From Negaprion brevirostris (taxonomy: Eukaryota), in NCBI GenBank assembly GCA_030324005.1, contig JARDVH010000150.1:21425313-21489312 (forward strand): a stretch of DNA of 64,000 nucleotides, in the 5' to 3' direction. Of the stretch, positions 13,420 through 25,930 are shown one piece after another; within the stretch, counting starts at the first letter, position 1, and each line of letters starts with the position of its first letter. A program made the position numbers and the translations under genes. The notes below the pieces were generated by a model, which saw only the letters and a list, made by a program, of their open reading frames with translations, was not told the DNA's origin and searched no databases.

Positions 13420-14600
13420 TTTCATAGAATGGTTACAGTGCAGAAGAGGGCCATTTGGCCATTTTGTCTGTGCTGGCTCTTTGCAGGCACAATTCAACTA
13501 GTGCTGCTCCCTTGCTTTCTCCCTGTGGTCCTGCACACTCTTCCTTTTCAAATCATCAGATTCCCTTTTGAATATCTCTAGTCAATCTCCACCACACTCA
13601 GTGCATTTCAGATCCTAATCACTCGCTATGTGACTCTTTTTCTTCATGTTGCCATTGCTCCTTTTGCCAAATCCTTTAAACCTGTGTCCTTTGGTTCTCA
13701 ATCCTTTCATGAATGGGAACCATTTCTCCCATCTGTTCTACTCTATCTCTCCTTGTCCCTCTTGAGTTTGAATACTTCTGTCAAATCCTTCTTATCCAAG
13801 GTGCACTGTCCTGACTTCTCTACCCTGATGCTGATGATGTTCATCACTGGAACCATCCTTGTGACACTCTGCTGCTCCGCCCATTTCAATACCTTCATAT
13901 TCCTAAAGTGTAATTGCCAGCTACACTGCAGATTGTATTTAATAAGGTACACTTCCTTGTGTAATTGAGGCCTCTAATGATGAAGCCCGAAGTTGCTGTG
14001 TACTACTTTAACTGCTCTCTACCAGTCCTGCCACATTCATTGATTCCTGCCATATTCAGTGATTCATTTGCATATACAATAAGGTGCTTTTGCTCCTACA
14101 CCCCTTTTAGAATTGTACCCTTTATATTGTTTCTCTACGTTCTTCTTATCAAATGAATTACTTTACACTTTGCTGCATTAAATTTAAGCTGCCACTTGTT
14201 TACATTCCCTTTTGGTACCCAGTTGGATCCACTTCTGCCACCCTTTCAGTATTTATATACCTATAGGAGACTTTTGGATTCCTTTCAATGCTAACTGCCA
14301 GTGTCTCCTCATGCTCCTTAGCTTTTAATTTTTCAATACCACTCTGAACCTTCTATATTCAGTTTGGTTCTTCACCTAATACCTATCAGCAGCACAGCAC
14401 ACTACTTTATCTTTTACTGGAATTGTTTGCCCTACCTTTTCCCTTCATAGGAATATACCATGATTGTCTGAATTATCTCATCTTTAGAGATAACCCATTG
14501 TTCAGTTACAGTCATGCCTGCCAACCTTTGATTCCAGTTTACTATTCTTATACCATTGAAGTTGGCTTTCCTCCAATTCATTATTCTTACTCTCGTATTG
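13420..14600 (-). mobile_element. Decayed CR1-type LINE fragments
   Basis: Reverse-complemented CR1 3' end (catagaatggttacagtgcagaagagggccatt) followed by degenerate body sequence. Confidence 0.55.
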
Positions 14601-14956
14601 CTTAAAAGAGGACATGCTAGCGAAACTTTGCATCTTGTGCTCAGCAAGACAGACGAAGAATACCAAATTCCAACGTGAGCACCAGTTTATACTGCACGAT
14701 AAAACGCTGCTGATTGTTGGCAAGGTGACTTTGGTTAAGAAATGGCCGGGGAGATTGCACCAGGGCTCGTTTCCCCACCACCATTTTAATTCAAAAAGGC
14801 ACAATGCCAGGCATATTCCGACTCATGATTATTCCTTGTCCTTTTTCATAGCCAATCTAAATCTTATAATACAGTGATAACTAAATATTCTTCTACTGGC
14901 ACTAGATTCACATGGTTCACCTCATGTCTAATTTAGTTCAAAAAACATTTTTCTGA

Positions 14957-15250
14957 GGGTGGCACAGTGGGTTAGCACTGCTGCCTCACAGTGCCAGGAC
15001 CTGGGTTCAGTTCCAACCTCGGGTCACTTTCTTCCTGTGCCTGTGGGTTTGCTCCGGGTGCTGTGGTTTCCTGTCACACTCCAAAGATATGTGGGTTAGG
15101 TTGATTGGCCATGTTAAATTGACCTTAGTGTCAGAGGGATTAGCAGGCTTAATGTGTGGGGTTATGGGAATAGGGCCTGGGTGGGATTGTGGTCAGTACA
15201 TAATCAATGAGTTGAATGGCCTCCTTTTGTACTGTAGGGATTCTATGATT
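14957..15250 (+). mobile_element. HE1-like V-SINE, near full length
   Basis: tRNA head with A box (gtggcacagtggg) and B box (gggttcagttcc), V-domain core and tail gtactgtagggattctatga. Confidence 0.85.
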
Positions 15251-15659
15251 TATTAAATATCCATATGAACTTTTTAAAGGGGGAATTAAATTGGGGACCT
15301 TAACTTTCAGTCATGAATAGCACGTCAGTCATGAAGTAGTTGACCATAACAATTGTTAGTGATCAGAAATGTTTGGATAGAATTTTAACCAACCATTTTG
15401 AGTTTGGAATGTTAACTGCTCTTGTCCTTAAACTAATTTTGTTGCTGGCTAGTGGACTTGTTGGCTTTTCATTTCATTCTTCACAAAGTGAATTTGGAAG
15501 CTACGATCCGTGGTTTATCATAGAATTATACTGGGCCATGAAACTGGGATTAGGATGGCAAAGAAAGAACTTAGACTTACACAACTTGATCTGTGTCCCA
15601 AAGTGTTTGAAACCCATGAAGTGCATTTTTATGAATGTACAGTCCATGCTCTAATATAG

Positions 15660-15920
15660 GGAAATAGAGCAGGTACTTTGCACACCGCAAAGTCCCACCA
15701 TGTGATTTTGGTCAGGGCACCAGGCTAGCTCTTGCTCTGATTCAAATTGTACTATAGGGTTGTCTGTGCCTGCCTGAAGAAGGACAGTACCTCAGTTTAA
15801 CTCATCTGGCAGTTCCAAAGTGTAGCGCTTCTTCAATACTGCAATCCAGTGTCAGTTTAGACTAGTAAAGTCTCTGGAATGGATCTTAAAAGCACAACCT
15901 TCTGATGTGGAAATGAGTGT
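15660..15920 (-). mobile_element. Deu-domain SINE (SacSINE1-like), degenerate
   Basis: Reverse-complement similarity to the copies at 21560 and 30421. Confidence 0.5.
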
Positions 15921-15942
15921 TATTCCCTCTGTTTCTTTGGGC

Positions 15943-16075
15943 ATGATGTGGAGATGCCAGCATTGGGCTGGGGTAAACACAGTAAGAAGTCTTTCTTACA
16001 ACATCAGGTTAATGTCCAACAGGTTTATTTGTCCTGTTGGACTTTAACCTGGTGTTGTAAGAAAGATGACTTTCT
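15943..16075. repeat. Fold-back (inverted) Penelope terminal-repeat fragment
   Basis: 34-bp arms at 15990-16023 and 16033-16066, 32 of 34 complementary, 9-nt loop. Confidence 0.85.
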
Positions 16076-17022
16076 GTGGGTGGGAGCAGGGGGTGTATCT
16101 GTGGGTGGAGTCATTTCTGTGATTACTCGTGCAGGCTGATATGGCATCATCACCCTTTTTGATTTGTTTTGTGCAGCACTGTTGCTGCTGTTTGTATCCT
16201 TCTGCACTTTGGTTCTCTGTGTCTTTATCTCTGCCTGTGTTTTGGTCCATCACTCCCACCAGCTCTGCCTTATCACTTTTTTTAGTTGTGTGTTCACTCC
16301 CATTTATTCCATTCATCACTTATTTCCCCTTTTGCTTTTTTCTCTTCTCCTTTCTCCCTCATCACCTTTGCCGAAAATGGGACTGAATACATTGGATGTG
16401 GGGAAATAAGTGAAAGTACAGCAGATACTGAAAATCTGAAATAAAAACAAAATGGTAGAAACGCTGAGCAGGTTGAATAGATGCATGTAAGAGCTTAATG
16501 TTTCCAATTGATGGCCTTTCATCATAATGGATAGTGTGTTGCCAAGGATTGGAATTGAAGGAAGAAATTGATCCATCAAGGAGTCAGAAATTCAAATATT
16601 TACTGATTTGCGCAATGTACGGCACCACATTCCATGGATGCTGAAGCAGTCCATGCACATGCCTGGATAGCACTCGGGCTGATAAGTAACGAGTTACATT
16701 CACACCACATTTACCTGTTACCCACAAGAACATTTTGCAGCCACTTTGACCATCCAGGTAGTAACACGTACTCTGCATCTTGAGAAAATTATAGCACTTA
16801 ATCATAACCCACGTGTGCTGTGACTGGGAAGAAGTATTAATTACACTGCCGTACATACTTGAACCAGCTCTATATTTCCACCATTCGCTCCACGTGCATC
16901 TCTTCACCTCAAAGCTACAACCTTCGGGCTAGTTGCGCTTCAGTGGATGCGCAGTTGGCTGAACTAGAGAACTCATCTAGACTATAATGTAGCTTCTAAT
17001 CTGACACATTCACCGTTCATCA

Positions 17023-17040
17023 GAAACCGAAAAGGAAACT
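17023..17040 (+). promoter_or_regulatory. Putative ISRE/IRF multimer site GAAACCGAAAAGGAAACT
   Basis: Three GAAA cores spaced by 2 nt, ending in GAAACT; motif match only. Confidence 0.35.
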
Positions 17041-18000
17041 GCATCTTCGCTCATGCCGTTGTTGGGAGTAGATCTGTGGAACTGAGTTTCATTCCCAAGG
17101 GCAGGAGCAGATTGAAACTAATACTGACATTGTGAGAATTACTTGAGATATGTAAGCATGTAATATTGTTTAGTGGGATCTGTTGCATTCTGCACATGGC
17201 TATGGATTTTTGGGGGTTTTTTTGTGGTTTCTTTTCTAATGTGCAGAGTATTCTCTGTAGATGGGGGTCAGAGATGCTGAGAACAATTTCACATGTCAAC
17301 ATGTGTGCTGGAGCAGACGAGTGAAGGAGCAGAGAGACAGATAAGAAATTACCTGTTAAAAACCTGTTTAATTAAGTTTAAAGCACTTTTGTAGTAACAA
17401 CTTACCTCGTAGAACTGTTTAAATCATTTAAAAGCATTTTTGTGGGCTTTTTGTATCTACCACTTTAAGAATTGTAAGGGAGTGGNNNNNNNNNNNNNNN
17501 NNNNNNNNNNNNNNNNNNNNNNNNNNNNNNNNNNNNNNNNNNNNNNNNNNNNNNNNNNNNNNNNNNNNNNNNNNNNNNNNNNNNNNNNNNNNNNNNNNNN
17601 NNNNNNNNNNNNNNNNNNNNNNNNNNNNNNNNNNNNNNNNNNNNNNNNNNNNNNNNNNNNNNNNNNNNNNNNNNNNNNNNNNNNNNNNNNNNNNNNNNNN
17701 NNNNNNNNNNNNNNNNNNNNNNNNNNNNNNNNNNNNNNNNNNNNNNNNNNNNNNNNNNNNNNNNNNNNNNNNNNNNNNNNNNNNNNNNNNNNNNNNNNNN
17801 NNNNNNNNNNNNNNNNNNNNNNNNNNNNNNNNNNNNNNNNNNNNNNNNNNNNNNNNNNNNNNNNNNNNNNNNNNNNNNNNNNNNNNNNNNNNNNNNNNNN
17901 NNNNNNNNNNNNNNNNNNNNNNNNNNNNNNNNNNNNNNNNNNNNNNNNNNNNNNNNNNNNNNNNNNNNNNNNNNNNNNNNNNNNNNNNNNNNNNNNNNNN

Positions 18001-18640
18001 GATTTGATTTATTATTGTCACATGTATTAGTGTACAATGAAAAGTATTGTTTCTTGCCTGCTAAACATACGAAACATACTGTACATAGAGAAGAAAAGGA
18101 GACAGTGGAGAATGTAATGTTTATAGTCATATAGGTAGCGTGTAGAGAAAGATCAACTTAATGCATGGTAGGTCCATTCAAAAGTCTGATGACAGCAGGG
18201 AAGTTGTTTGTGTCAGTATGTGATCTCAGGCTTTTGTTTCTTCCTGACGGAAGAAGGTGGAAGCGAGTATCTCCAGGGTGCATGGATTGAGGTAGCGGGA
18301 AGTATGACAGTGTCAAGGGATGGATGGGAGGCTGGTTTGAGTGATGGACTAGGCGTCGTTCACGGTCCTTTGTAATTTCTTGCGGTCTTGGTCAGAGCAG
18401 GAACCATCCTAAGATTGTGACACAACCAGAAAGAATGTTTTCTATCATGCATCTGTGGAAGTTGGTGAGAGTTGTAGCAGATGTGCCAAATTTCCTTAGT
18501 CTCCTGAGAAAGTAGAGGTGGTGTTGGGCTTTCTTGACAAAGCGCCCACATGGGAGGACTAGGACAGCTTGTTGATCCAGACTCCTAAAAACTTGAAGCG
18601 CTCGACCATTTCTACTTCATCCCCATTGATTGTAGACAAA
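18001..18640 (-). mobile_element. Rex1/Babar-type LINE 3' fragment
   Basis: The minus strand encodes VKKAQHHLYFLRRLRKFGTSATTLTNFHRCMIENILS, typical of the Rex1/Babar C-terminus; its 3' tail abuts the N gap. Confidence 0.8.
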
Positions 18641-18649
18641 GGGCAGATA

Positions 18650-18930
18650 AGAGTTAAGTACATTGCTCTGAGTCATATGAGGGTCAGACTAAATAAGGAT
18701 GGCAGATTTCCCTCCCAGAAGTGAACCAGTTAGATTTTTACAACAATTAGGAATTGCTTCATGGTGACCATTAGATTTTTAATTCCAGATTTCTCCTGGT
18801 TGATTTCATATTCCACCATCTGATGTGGTGGGATTCAATCCCAGATCCCAGGAACATTACCTTGTGTCTCTGGATTACTAGACCAATGATAATACCACTA
18901 TGCCATTGTCCCCCTGTGCCACCATCTCCC
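18650..18930 (-). mobile_element. tRNA-derived SINE (same family as 48655-49000)
   Basis: Shares gatggcagatttcc..ttaattccagat..ttccaccatc..ggattcaatcc..ccaggaacatta..aataccacta. Confidence 0.7.
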
Positions 18931-21559
18931 CATATTTGTCAGAATTTTGTTGAAATGTAAGCTTTAAACATGAAGTATTACAACTTTTTAAAAATTTCTT
19001 CTTTTAAAGTTGAGCATTATCTGTTCATGACCCAGTTGTTTTAGTGTGAACAAGGTTGCGTTGGGATGTTTGATAGATGAAAATATGAAAAGGAGCATAG
19101 AAAAAGCAAATCAGGAATTCAGTGGGGACTAAACTGATCTGTAGCTGGGAATTATCATGAGTATAAATTGTGGTGAACTCTGAATTGGAGAGGGTTAAAA
19201 AATGCAGAAGCCTGCATGCATCTAAAATCATTCGGCGGACCTTTAAAATTCTGTATTCTCTGCCTGGAGTAGAGTAGTGTTTGCTTAAAAATTGTTGAAA
19301 TCTGAGAAGTGTATCTTTTGATTTACATATAAATGAATACCCAGTCCAAATATTCTAAATGCGATCATATAGAAGCCATAGCTCCTTCTGTGATGCCCAA
19401 TGAAATAGTACCTCCTGTTAATTCGGGTCTAATCATGTGGCGCAGAAGCGGCAGCTAATCTTTATTCTGTGACACACCCATTGGAGTGAGAAAGGCAAAG
19501 AAATAGATAAACTAAATATATCAAAGAAATTGCTGTAGTAAGCTCATATCTTTGATGTCAAATTGTCTATTATGGTCTTGGAATGCATATTTTTAATTTC
19601 CATTGCTAGTGTGGCACTTCACTATAATCAGTCGTTCAGCCTCATTGTTTTCTATCTTTATTCATTTTTTTGAAACTATGGGTAAATCTGCAAAACACAT
19701 CCAAGAAAACAACTACCTTTTTCTAAATTTAAAATCTGGATTAATTATCAACAAGTGAAGTTGATTTAAATCATGTGCTTAAAAATATAATATTTTGTGC
19801 TTTGGTATGCATGATCAGTGTAGTGAACTCTTGTAACACCATCTCATAAAAGGGGTATATGTTTTGTTTCAAACTCAAATGAGCTGTGCATCTTAATTTT
19901 AGCTTAAACAAGTCCTTTTTAAAAGACTTTAAAAGAAATTTCATCTCCAGCATAGATGTGTTTGAAAATTGATACGTTGTGGAAAAACCTTCTGGACAGC
20001 ACTTTTTATTAAAGAAAAATTAATAAGAGAATGCAATCCCTGTCTTAAATACTGAGAATATATCAATAGTTGGAGGTGCTACTAAATTAATCCATGGGGC
20101 TGGACAAGCAATCCAATCAGTTAAAATCCCTCCATATCAATTTGAGAAATTATATTTTCATTAGTAAAAGTGATCCTAAAGCTGTTGAATTGTATAAAAT
20201 CTCTACTGGTTCTCCAATGTCCTTAAAGGATACATGTAACCTTTACCCAGTCTAGCCCACTCCCGTATGGTTGACAAGTAACTGCTCTCCGAAAGCACTC
20301 AATTGTATCAAAACACCTGAACAATGAGTGCGTAACCAAATGCTCCCTTGCCAATGACGTCTGGATCTTTAGAATTAACAATGATTTCACTTTGTTTATA
20401 AATGCAGTACCTACAGAGCATCATTAATTTGATATTAGATGGAATCTTTGGAACTATATTTTTGAAACCCAGTCAAGCAAAAATTTAACACACTTATTAA
20501 TTCTCTCTCTCTCTCTCTCAGTTTAACATTAAACTTAAAAACTACGTCATGTTTCATTTTAGAAAGTGTTTTTAACATAAGATGTATCTTTATTTTCACA
20601 GCTGCATCATTGTCATAATCTACTGGGCAAACATCAGTCTAATAGATATAGAAACCAGACTGCTGTCACTAGGCTATTTTTACATTCCAAAACTTTTGGA
20701 TAGTAATGTTGCTACCTAATTAAATCTTTGCATTCATTTTTGAAGAAAATTATAATTACCTGGAAAATTGTAAAGTGCATGCAATGTTTTTCATTTCAGT
20801 GCTCTACTATTCCTACATTGTCTTTTTATTACAGTGTTTGCACTGACATGTTAACGAATCTATTGTGAAGTAAACTCGTAATTACACAACTCCATTTGTT
20901 ATTAGTGCTTTAACAAAGCTTTGAACTGATGTCATAAAAATTACTTCCCCTGAATAGCCTTTGACTCCTTTTAATTGGGTGTGGCTGTTTTTATCTGCAT
21001 AGGTTTTAAGTTTCCTATTGGGTGACTGTTTCCATCTTTTTATGATTAGTATTTCCGATTAGCAGATTTCACAATATTTCACCTTGTGTTCTGTCTGTAC
21101 TTGTCATCTCTGGAAAGGTGTGTGTAAACGTAGTGTGGAAGTTGTGGAGTCCTTTTATATTTTTCATGGGCTGTCTGTCCCATATATTTGACCCCTGGCT
21201 TCCACACCCCTGCCACTGCTGCCCACCATTAAAAATAGCCAGGAGTCAAATGTTGGCTCAGAAGCTCACTCTTGCACCTTAAAAATTCTGAGATTGGGTA
21301 CCCAGTTTATTTGAAGTTGTCTTACCCCCCTGCTGTCACAATAATTGGTGCTGCAACCTGCTGTAGTTCCATTTTAAACATAACTGCATCTTGTCACACT
21401 GTGCGTTTAATTAAATTATGATACTAATGTTATAATCATTATTGGTGCTGATACATTGATAATACAGTGAGTCCACAGGACAAATAGGATGAATGAGGTG
21501 TTTCACTACAAAAGTCCAGTCACTTTACACAGTGCATCAGTTTTAGAATATGTTGACTG

Positions 21560-21970
21560 TATTTGTAGCTTAATGTCAGCGATCTGCTTCTGAGCCGGTT
21601 TTGGGTTCAAATCCCACACCTTAAGCTAGAGTAAGGCTGTGCTGTTGGAGGTGCCATCTTTAGAATAAACTGTTAAATTAAGGTTCTTCTGCCCTTTCGT
21701 GTCAATTAAAAGATTTTGTTGTGCTGTACTATTCTGAAGAGCAAGCATGCTTTCTCCTGTGCCCTGGCCAATAGTTTTATTCAGTCAACATCACCTAAAC
21801 AGATTATCTGCACATTATCATATTGCTGTTTTTGGAACCTTGCTGTGCACAAATTGGCTGCTGTGTTTTCTGCATTGCAACAGTGATTACACTTCAAAGC
21901 ACTTCATTGGATGCAAAGTGCTTAGGGACACCTTGAGGTTATGGAAGGCAGGATATAAATTGCATGTCTT
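21560..21970 (+). mobile_element. Deu-domain SINE (SacSINE1-like)
   Basis: B box gggttcaaatccc, core ggaggtgccatcttt..ccctggccaata..aaattggctgctg..acttcaaag. Confidence 0.75.
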
Positions 21971-23509
21971 TGGGTTGCTGGTTATGGGAGAAAAATTGAT
22001 CTGACAACAGAATTTGATTTTATTAGTATACAGTGAAAAATATTGTTTTTTGCATGCTGTTGTGAATTGTGAAAAATACCNNNNNNNNNNGATCCGAGTT
22101 TAACATTTCTTCTGAATGATAGAACCTCTGACAACATTGAGCTCAATATAGCATCAAAGTGTTGACGTAGATGAAGTATTCAAATTCTGAATGGCACTTG
22201 AGTGGCATCTTCAGACCCGAAAGCACGAGCTCTACCAACTGAACTGAGAGCAAGGGTGGCAATGAACGTGTTCGTAGGAATTAATACACGTTGCAGTGTC
22301 TTTAATGCCTGGTTTGAGTAGGAGCTAAATTTGCTTAATCAAAATGGAATTATAGGGGCTATTGTTTTTGAACTGAGTGCAATTAGTTGTCATGTTTCCC
22401 TTGGTTGCTAGATTTCAGCTAAACAAAAAATGCAGACGCTTTAAAGTCCATATAAATTACATCCATAGGCTTTGCCTAAATTAATTATCTTTGTCATGTC
22501 TTCAAAAAACTTAGTCAAGCTTGTGAGGCATGACCTTCCCTATACAAAGTTGCCTGTCTCTAACTAGTCCATCTTTAGTTGATTTATTTGCCCTTTATTT
22601 GCCCCGTACATAAGCTAACTTAATTTCACAGAGAGCAAACGGTTTAGTTTTGTAACTTGTGTCCATTTACATCAAAGAACAGAAATACATTCTGGGGCAG
22701 GAGGGTTTTTTGTTGTTTGCTAAGCAATATGGAAGTTATCTGTTATACTGCAGTGCAAATTTCCTACTGAAAAAACAGTTTGTGTCATGTTAGATGTTGC
22801 TCCGAGTATGAATTGTACCCTTGGCTGCTGGGACTGAGCTCTTTACATGTATGTTCAAGTGTTCCACTTCCACAGGTCAGCTTTCAAATACTTTCGAGTG
22901 CAGACGGGAGCATCTATTTTCCCAAAACACAAAGACTGTATTTGAGATTGTAAAATGCCCAGGTGGATTAGTCACCTGCTTGAGTGCTTTTAAACTAAAT
23001 TTCACACTCTTTTGGAGTTGGATTTCATCAAGTCCAAGTTCTTTGAGCTGGATTACCTGGAAAAGTCTTGACCGGCTTGAGTTCCAGAATTGTGCTGCCT
23101 CTTTTTTTGTGCTGACATGCAGCAGGATGACCTTGTATGACTTTATCCTCTGAAATGTGGTGTTAAAATTGGATATGGTTTCTAAAAATGTAATTGTAAA
23201 TTGATCTTGACCTGCTTGAGAAAACCTAGGTTGTTCTAAAGATTGAACATGTTGAAATTGTTAATTTTGAAACGTTAAAATTTTGCATATAAGGTTTCAG
23301 TTTGGCATAAATTTGCACTACTTCGTATGTAGATTTTTTTTGCTTCTATGTTTCCAGTACACATCAGGAAAACTTCAACTTTCTTGCCTCTGTGGGACTG
23401 GATGTGCAATTTTCAGTTGTGCACTCCTGATGTGTAGAGTGCAGAAGTGGGAGATATATTACTGTAGTAGTTTCACCAAATGGATACTGAATGTAACTTT
23501 TTTTTATAG

Positions 23510-23577
23510 TCAAAAATGCTGAGAGGGTTCCTTTCCCGTCATTTGGAAGAGACTCAGCCATGCCAGGTTTAAATCAG
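23510..23577 (+). CDS. tcf3: TCF3 coding exon (~exon 6): (V)KNAERVPFPSFGRDSAMPGLNQ
   Basis: ttttttttatag| acceptor and CAG|gtaggt donor; 68 nt, phase 1 to 0; matches E2A KSGERGAYASFGRDAGVGGLTQ. Confidence 0.92.
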
Positions 23578-24840
23578 GTAGGTGGGCTGCATGTATAATT
23601 TTAAGTTTCATTTATTCAGCTAAAGTTTGTTTTCTTGGAACAATTTCTGGGAAGTAATTCATTCTCTTCTATAATTAGCACATACTAAATTATCACAATG
23701 TACCAATTCAAAGAGATATGACATGGGTGTAAATAAGCAATTGGCTTAGCTATATTCAAATGAATTGTAAAATCTTTTACAGTTGAAGATGAATACTAGC
23801 AATTGTTACAAAAACAAAACAACATTCTAGTGAAATACCAGTATATTAAAATCACGAGTAGATTGTCTGGAATTTTTTGCAGTGATCAACTAATTTCTCA
23901 AATTGTCAAATTGCTTAAATTTTTCACTATAGTAACTTTTGCATTAGACTTGTGATTTTATGTGGATTGTTCTTAAGGCAACATTGTAAAAAGAATAAGT
24001 GAACAAACCTGTCTGTTTTGGTCTTTGAAAAAGTGTGTGCTAAATATACCCCAGATTCTTCTTAAATATTGGTTGAATTATGTCCTCATTTTACCATCTG
24101 TGTAGTCAGAAACCAGTTTGGGTATTTGATTTGAGAATGTAGATGGCATTGAATCTTTAAAATGTCATTTTGTTTCTCATTCAAAGCCATTTTAGTAAAA
24201 GTAGCAGTTAAATTGTTGCTGATGCATGCTTTCATCGGTGAAAGTAATTTTAGTGTGTAGAATTATGACAGTTGTAATTTGGTTATTTCTTTAGAATTTT
24301 ACGTGCACAAGATGTGAGTAGGATTAAATTTTAACATTTTTACAAAAGCAAAATGCCAAAGGTGCTGAAAATCTCCAGTCAGAACTGAAAATGCTTGAAG
24401 TACTTGAGGTAGGCAGCATCTATAGAGAGAGGACGAAGTTGACATTTTAGATTGATCACCTTTCCTCTGAACTGCTTACCAACAAGTCTGTTGCCCACTC
24501 TAATGTTACATGCTGATTTTGTTAGAGGAAATGGCAATGGAAATAGCCTGGAAAAATGCAGAATTCTCAAAAGGCCAAATTGATTTGAATCAAAGTATAA
24601 TTGGCAGGGTCAGCCATTTTATTTCTATAATGTGACAGATAATTGTACAGTTCCGAAATTTTTAAAATTCCACAGAGTATTTTTGTGAATTTTTTGTAAA
24701 TTTGGTTGCATTTAAAACTACTTGAGCTAAGAGTGGGATGAAGAAATCTGTTTTTGCACGTCTGCATTTAATAACTGTTACTGAATTCCATCCTGCCATA
24801 ACTCCTTACCGCTGTTTCTTTTCTATCAGAATTCATCAAT

Positions 24841-25200
24841 CATAGAACAGAATCATAGAATCCCTACAGTGCAGAAGGAGGCCATTCAGCCCATCAAGTC
24901 TGCACTGACTCTGACAGAGCATCTTACTCAGGCCTATCCCAGTAACCCCATATATTTACCCAGTTGGTCTNNNNNNNNNNNNNNNNNNNNNNNNNNNNNN
25001 NNNNNNNNNNNNNNNNNNNNNNNNNNNNNNNNNNNNNNNNNNNNNNNNNNNNNNNNNNNNNNNNNNNNNNNNNNNNNNNNNNNNNNNNNNNNAAACCCAC
25101 ACAGACATGGGGAGCACGTGCAAACTCTATACACAGTCACCCAAGGCCAGAATTGAACCTGGATCCCTGTAGCTGAGAGGCAGCAGTGCTAACCACTGTG
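24841..25200 (-). mobile_element. HE1-like V-SINE with an internal N gap
   Basis: catagaatccctacagtgcag tail and gcagcagtgctaaccactgtg head, both reverse complemented. Confidence 0.8.
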
Positions 25201-25696
25201 TTGTATTATGCAAAGGTGCCATAAGATTGGCCTTTGCAAAGTGCGTTATATATTTATATTCAAAATCAGCCTTCTGAATGGGCAGCAAAGTCTAACAACT
25301 TGCTGCTGTTTCACCAGGTCGTTGAGAAGCAAATAACTTAAACCCTCTGATTCATTTATCAATGCCTCAGATGACCTGAGCAAGCATATTAATCCCACCA
25401 TGGCTTGTTAACTGTACAATTATATAGTTTCAACCATCAAAATTCATTCAGTTAAACTACTGTGATCTATGTGAAAATCTTTATGGCATGTTATTTTACA
25501 ATTACTACATTGACTGAAGTTGTCATGTAACTTCAATGGAATTGTTGTTGCTTCGAGTTTGTGTGTTAATTTTAAATTTCTTGTAAGAGAAATTTTTGCA
25601 CCACTTGAACAATATTATTAAATTCAGCTCTTAACTGCACAGTAGTAAACAAAGATGTTCACACTAATCATAAACCGCATTTATTTTCTGATGCAG

Positions 25697-25930
25697 GGAA
25701 GTTTTTTGAACTCTGAAATGGGAATGGCCAATTCGGGAACAATATCACCNNNNNNNNNNNNNNNNNNNNNNNNNNNNNNNNNNNNNNNNNNNNNNNNNNN
25801 NNNNNNNNNNNNNNNNNNNNNNNNNNNNNNNNNNNNNNNNNNNNNNNNNCTGGAGTCAAACCAGGCTCACAGTATTACCCCTATCCCAGCAATCCTCGGA
25901 GGCGACCAGTGCAAGAAACAAGTAATCTAG
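25697..25930 (+). CDS. tcf3: TCF3 coding exon (~exon 7), interrupted by an N gap: GSFLNSEMGMANSGTISP[x]GVKPGSQYYPYPSNPRRRPVQETSNL
   Basis: atgcag| acceptor and G|gtaacg donor; both sides of gap 25750-25849 align contiguously to E2A GFLSGEL..SPGPLSPSGMK..SQYY and TCF4 KPGSQYY..NPRRRP. Confidence 0.9.
   Translation, partial: GSFLNSEMGMANSGTISXXXXXXXXXXXXXXXXXXXXXXXXXXXXXXXXXXLESNQAHSITPIPAILGGDQCKKQVI
25750..25849. other. Assembly gap (100 N) inside a coding exon
   Basis: Run of N; other gaps lie at 11135, 17486-18000, 22081, 24971, 28584, 29551, 40161, 42373-42697, 47651 and 53167. Confidence 0.98.

Noticed and set aside
14957-15030. tRNA gene
   Set aside because: The A/B boxes are the head of a tRNA-derived SINE, followed by the SINE core; no complete cloverleaf.
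17428-18130. Long ORFs in the track (also 24869-25176, 42088-42791, 47594-47803, 52939-53286)
   Set aside because: Artefacts of N runs translated as X.
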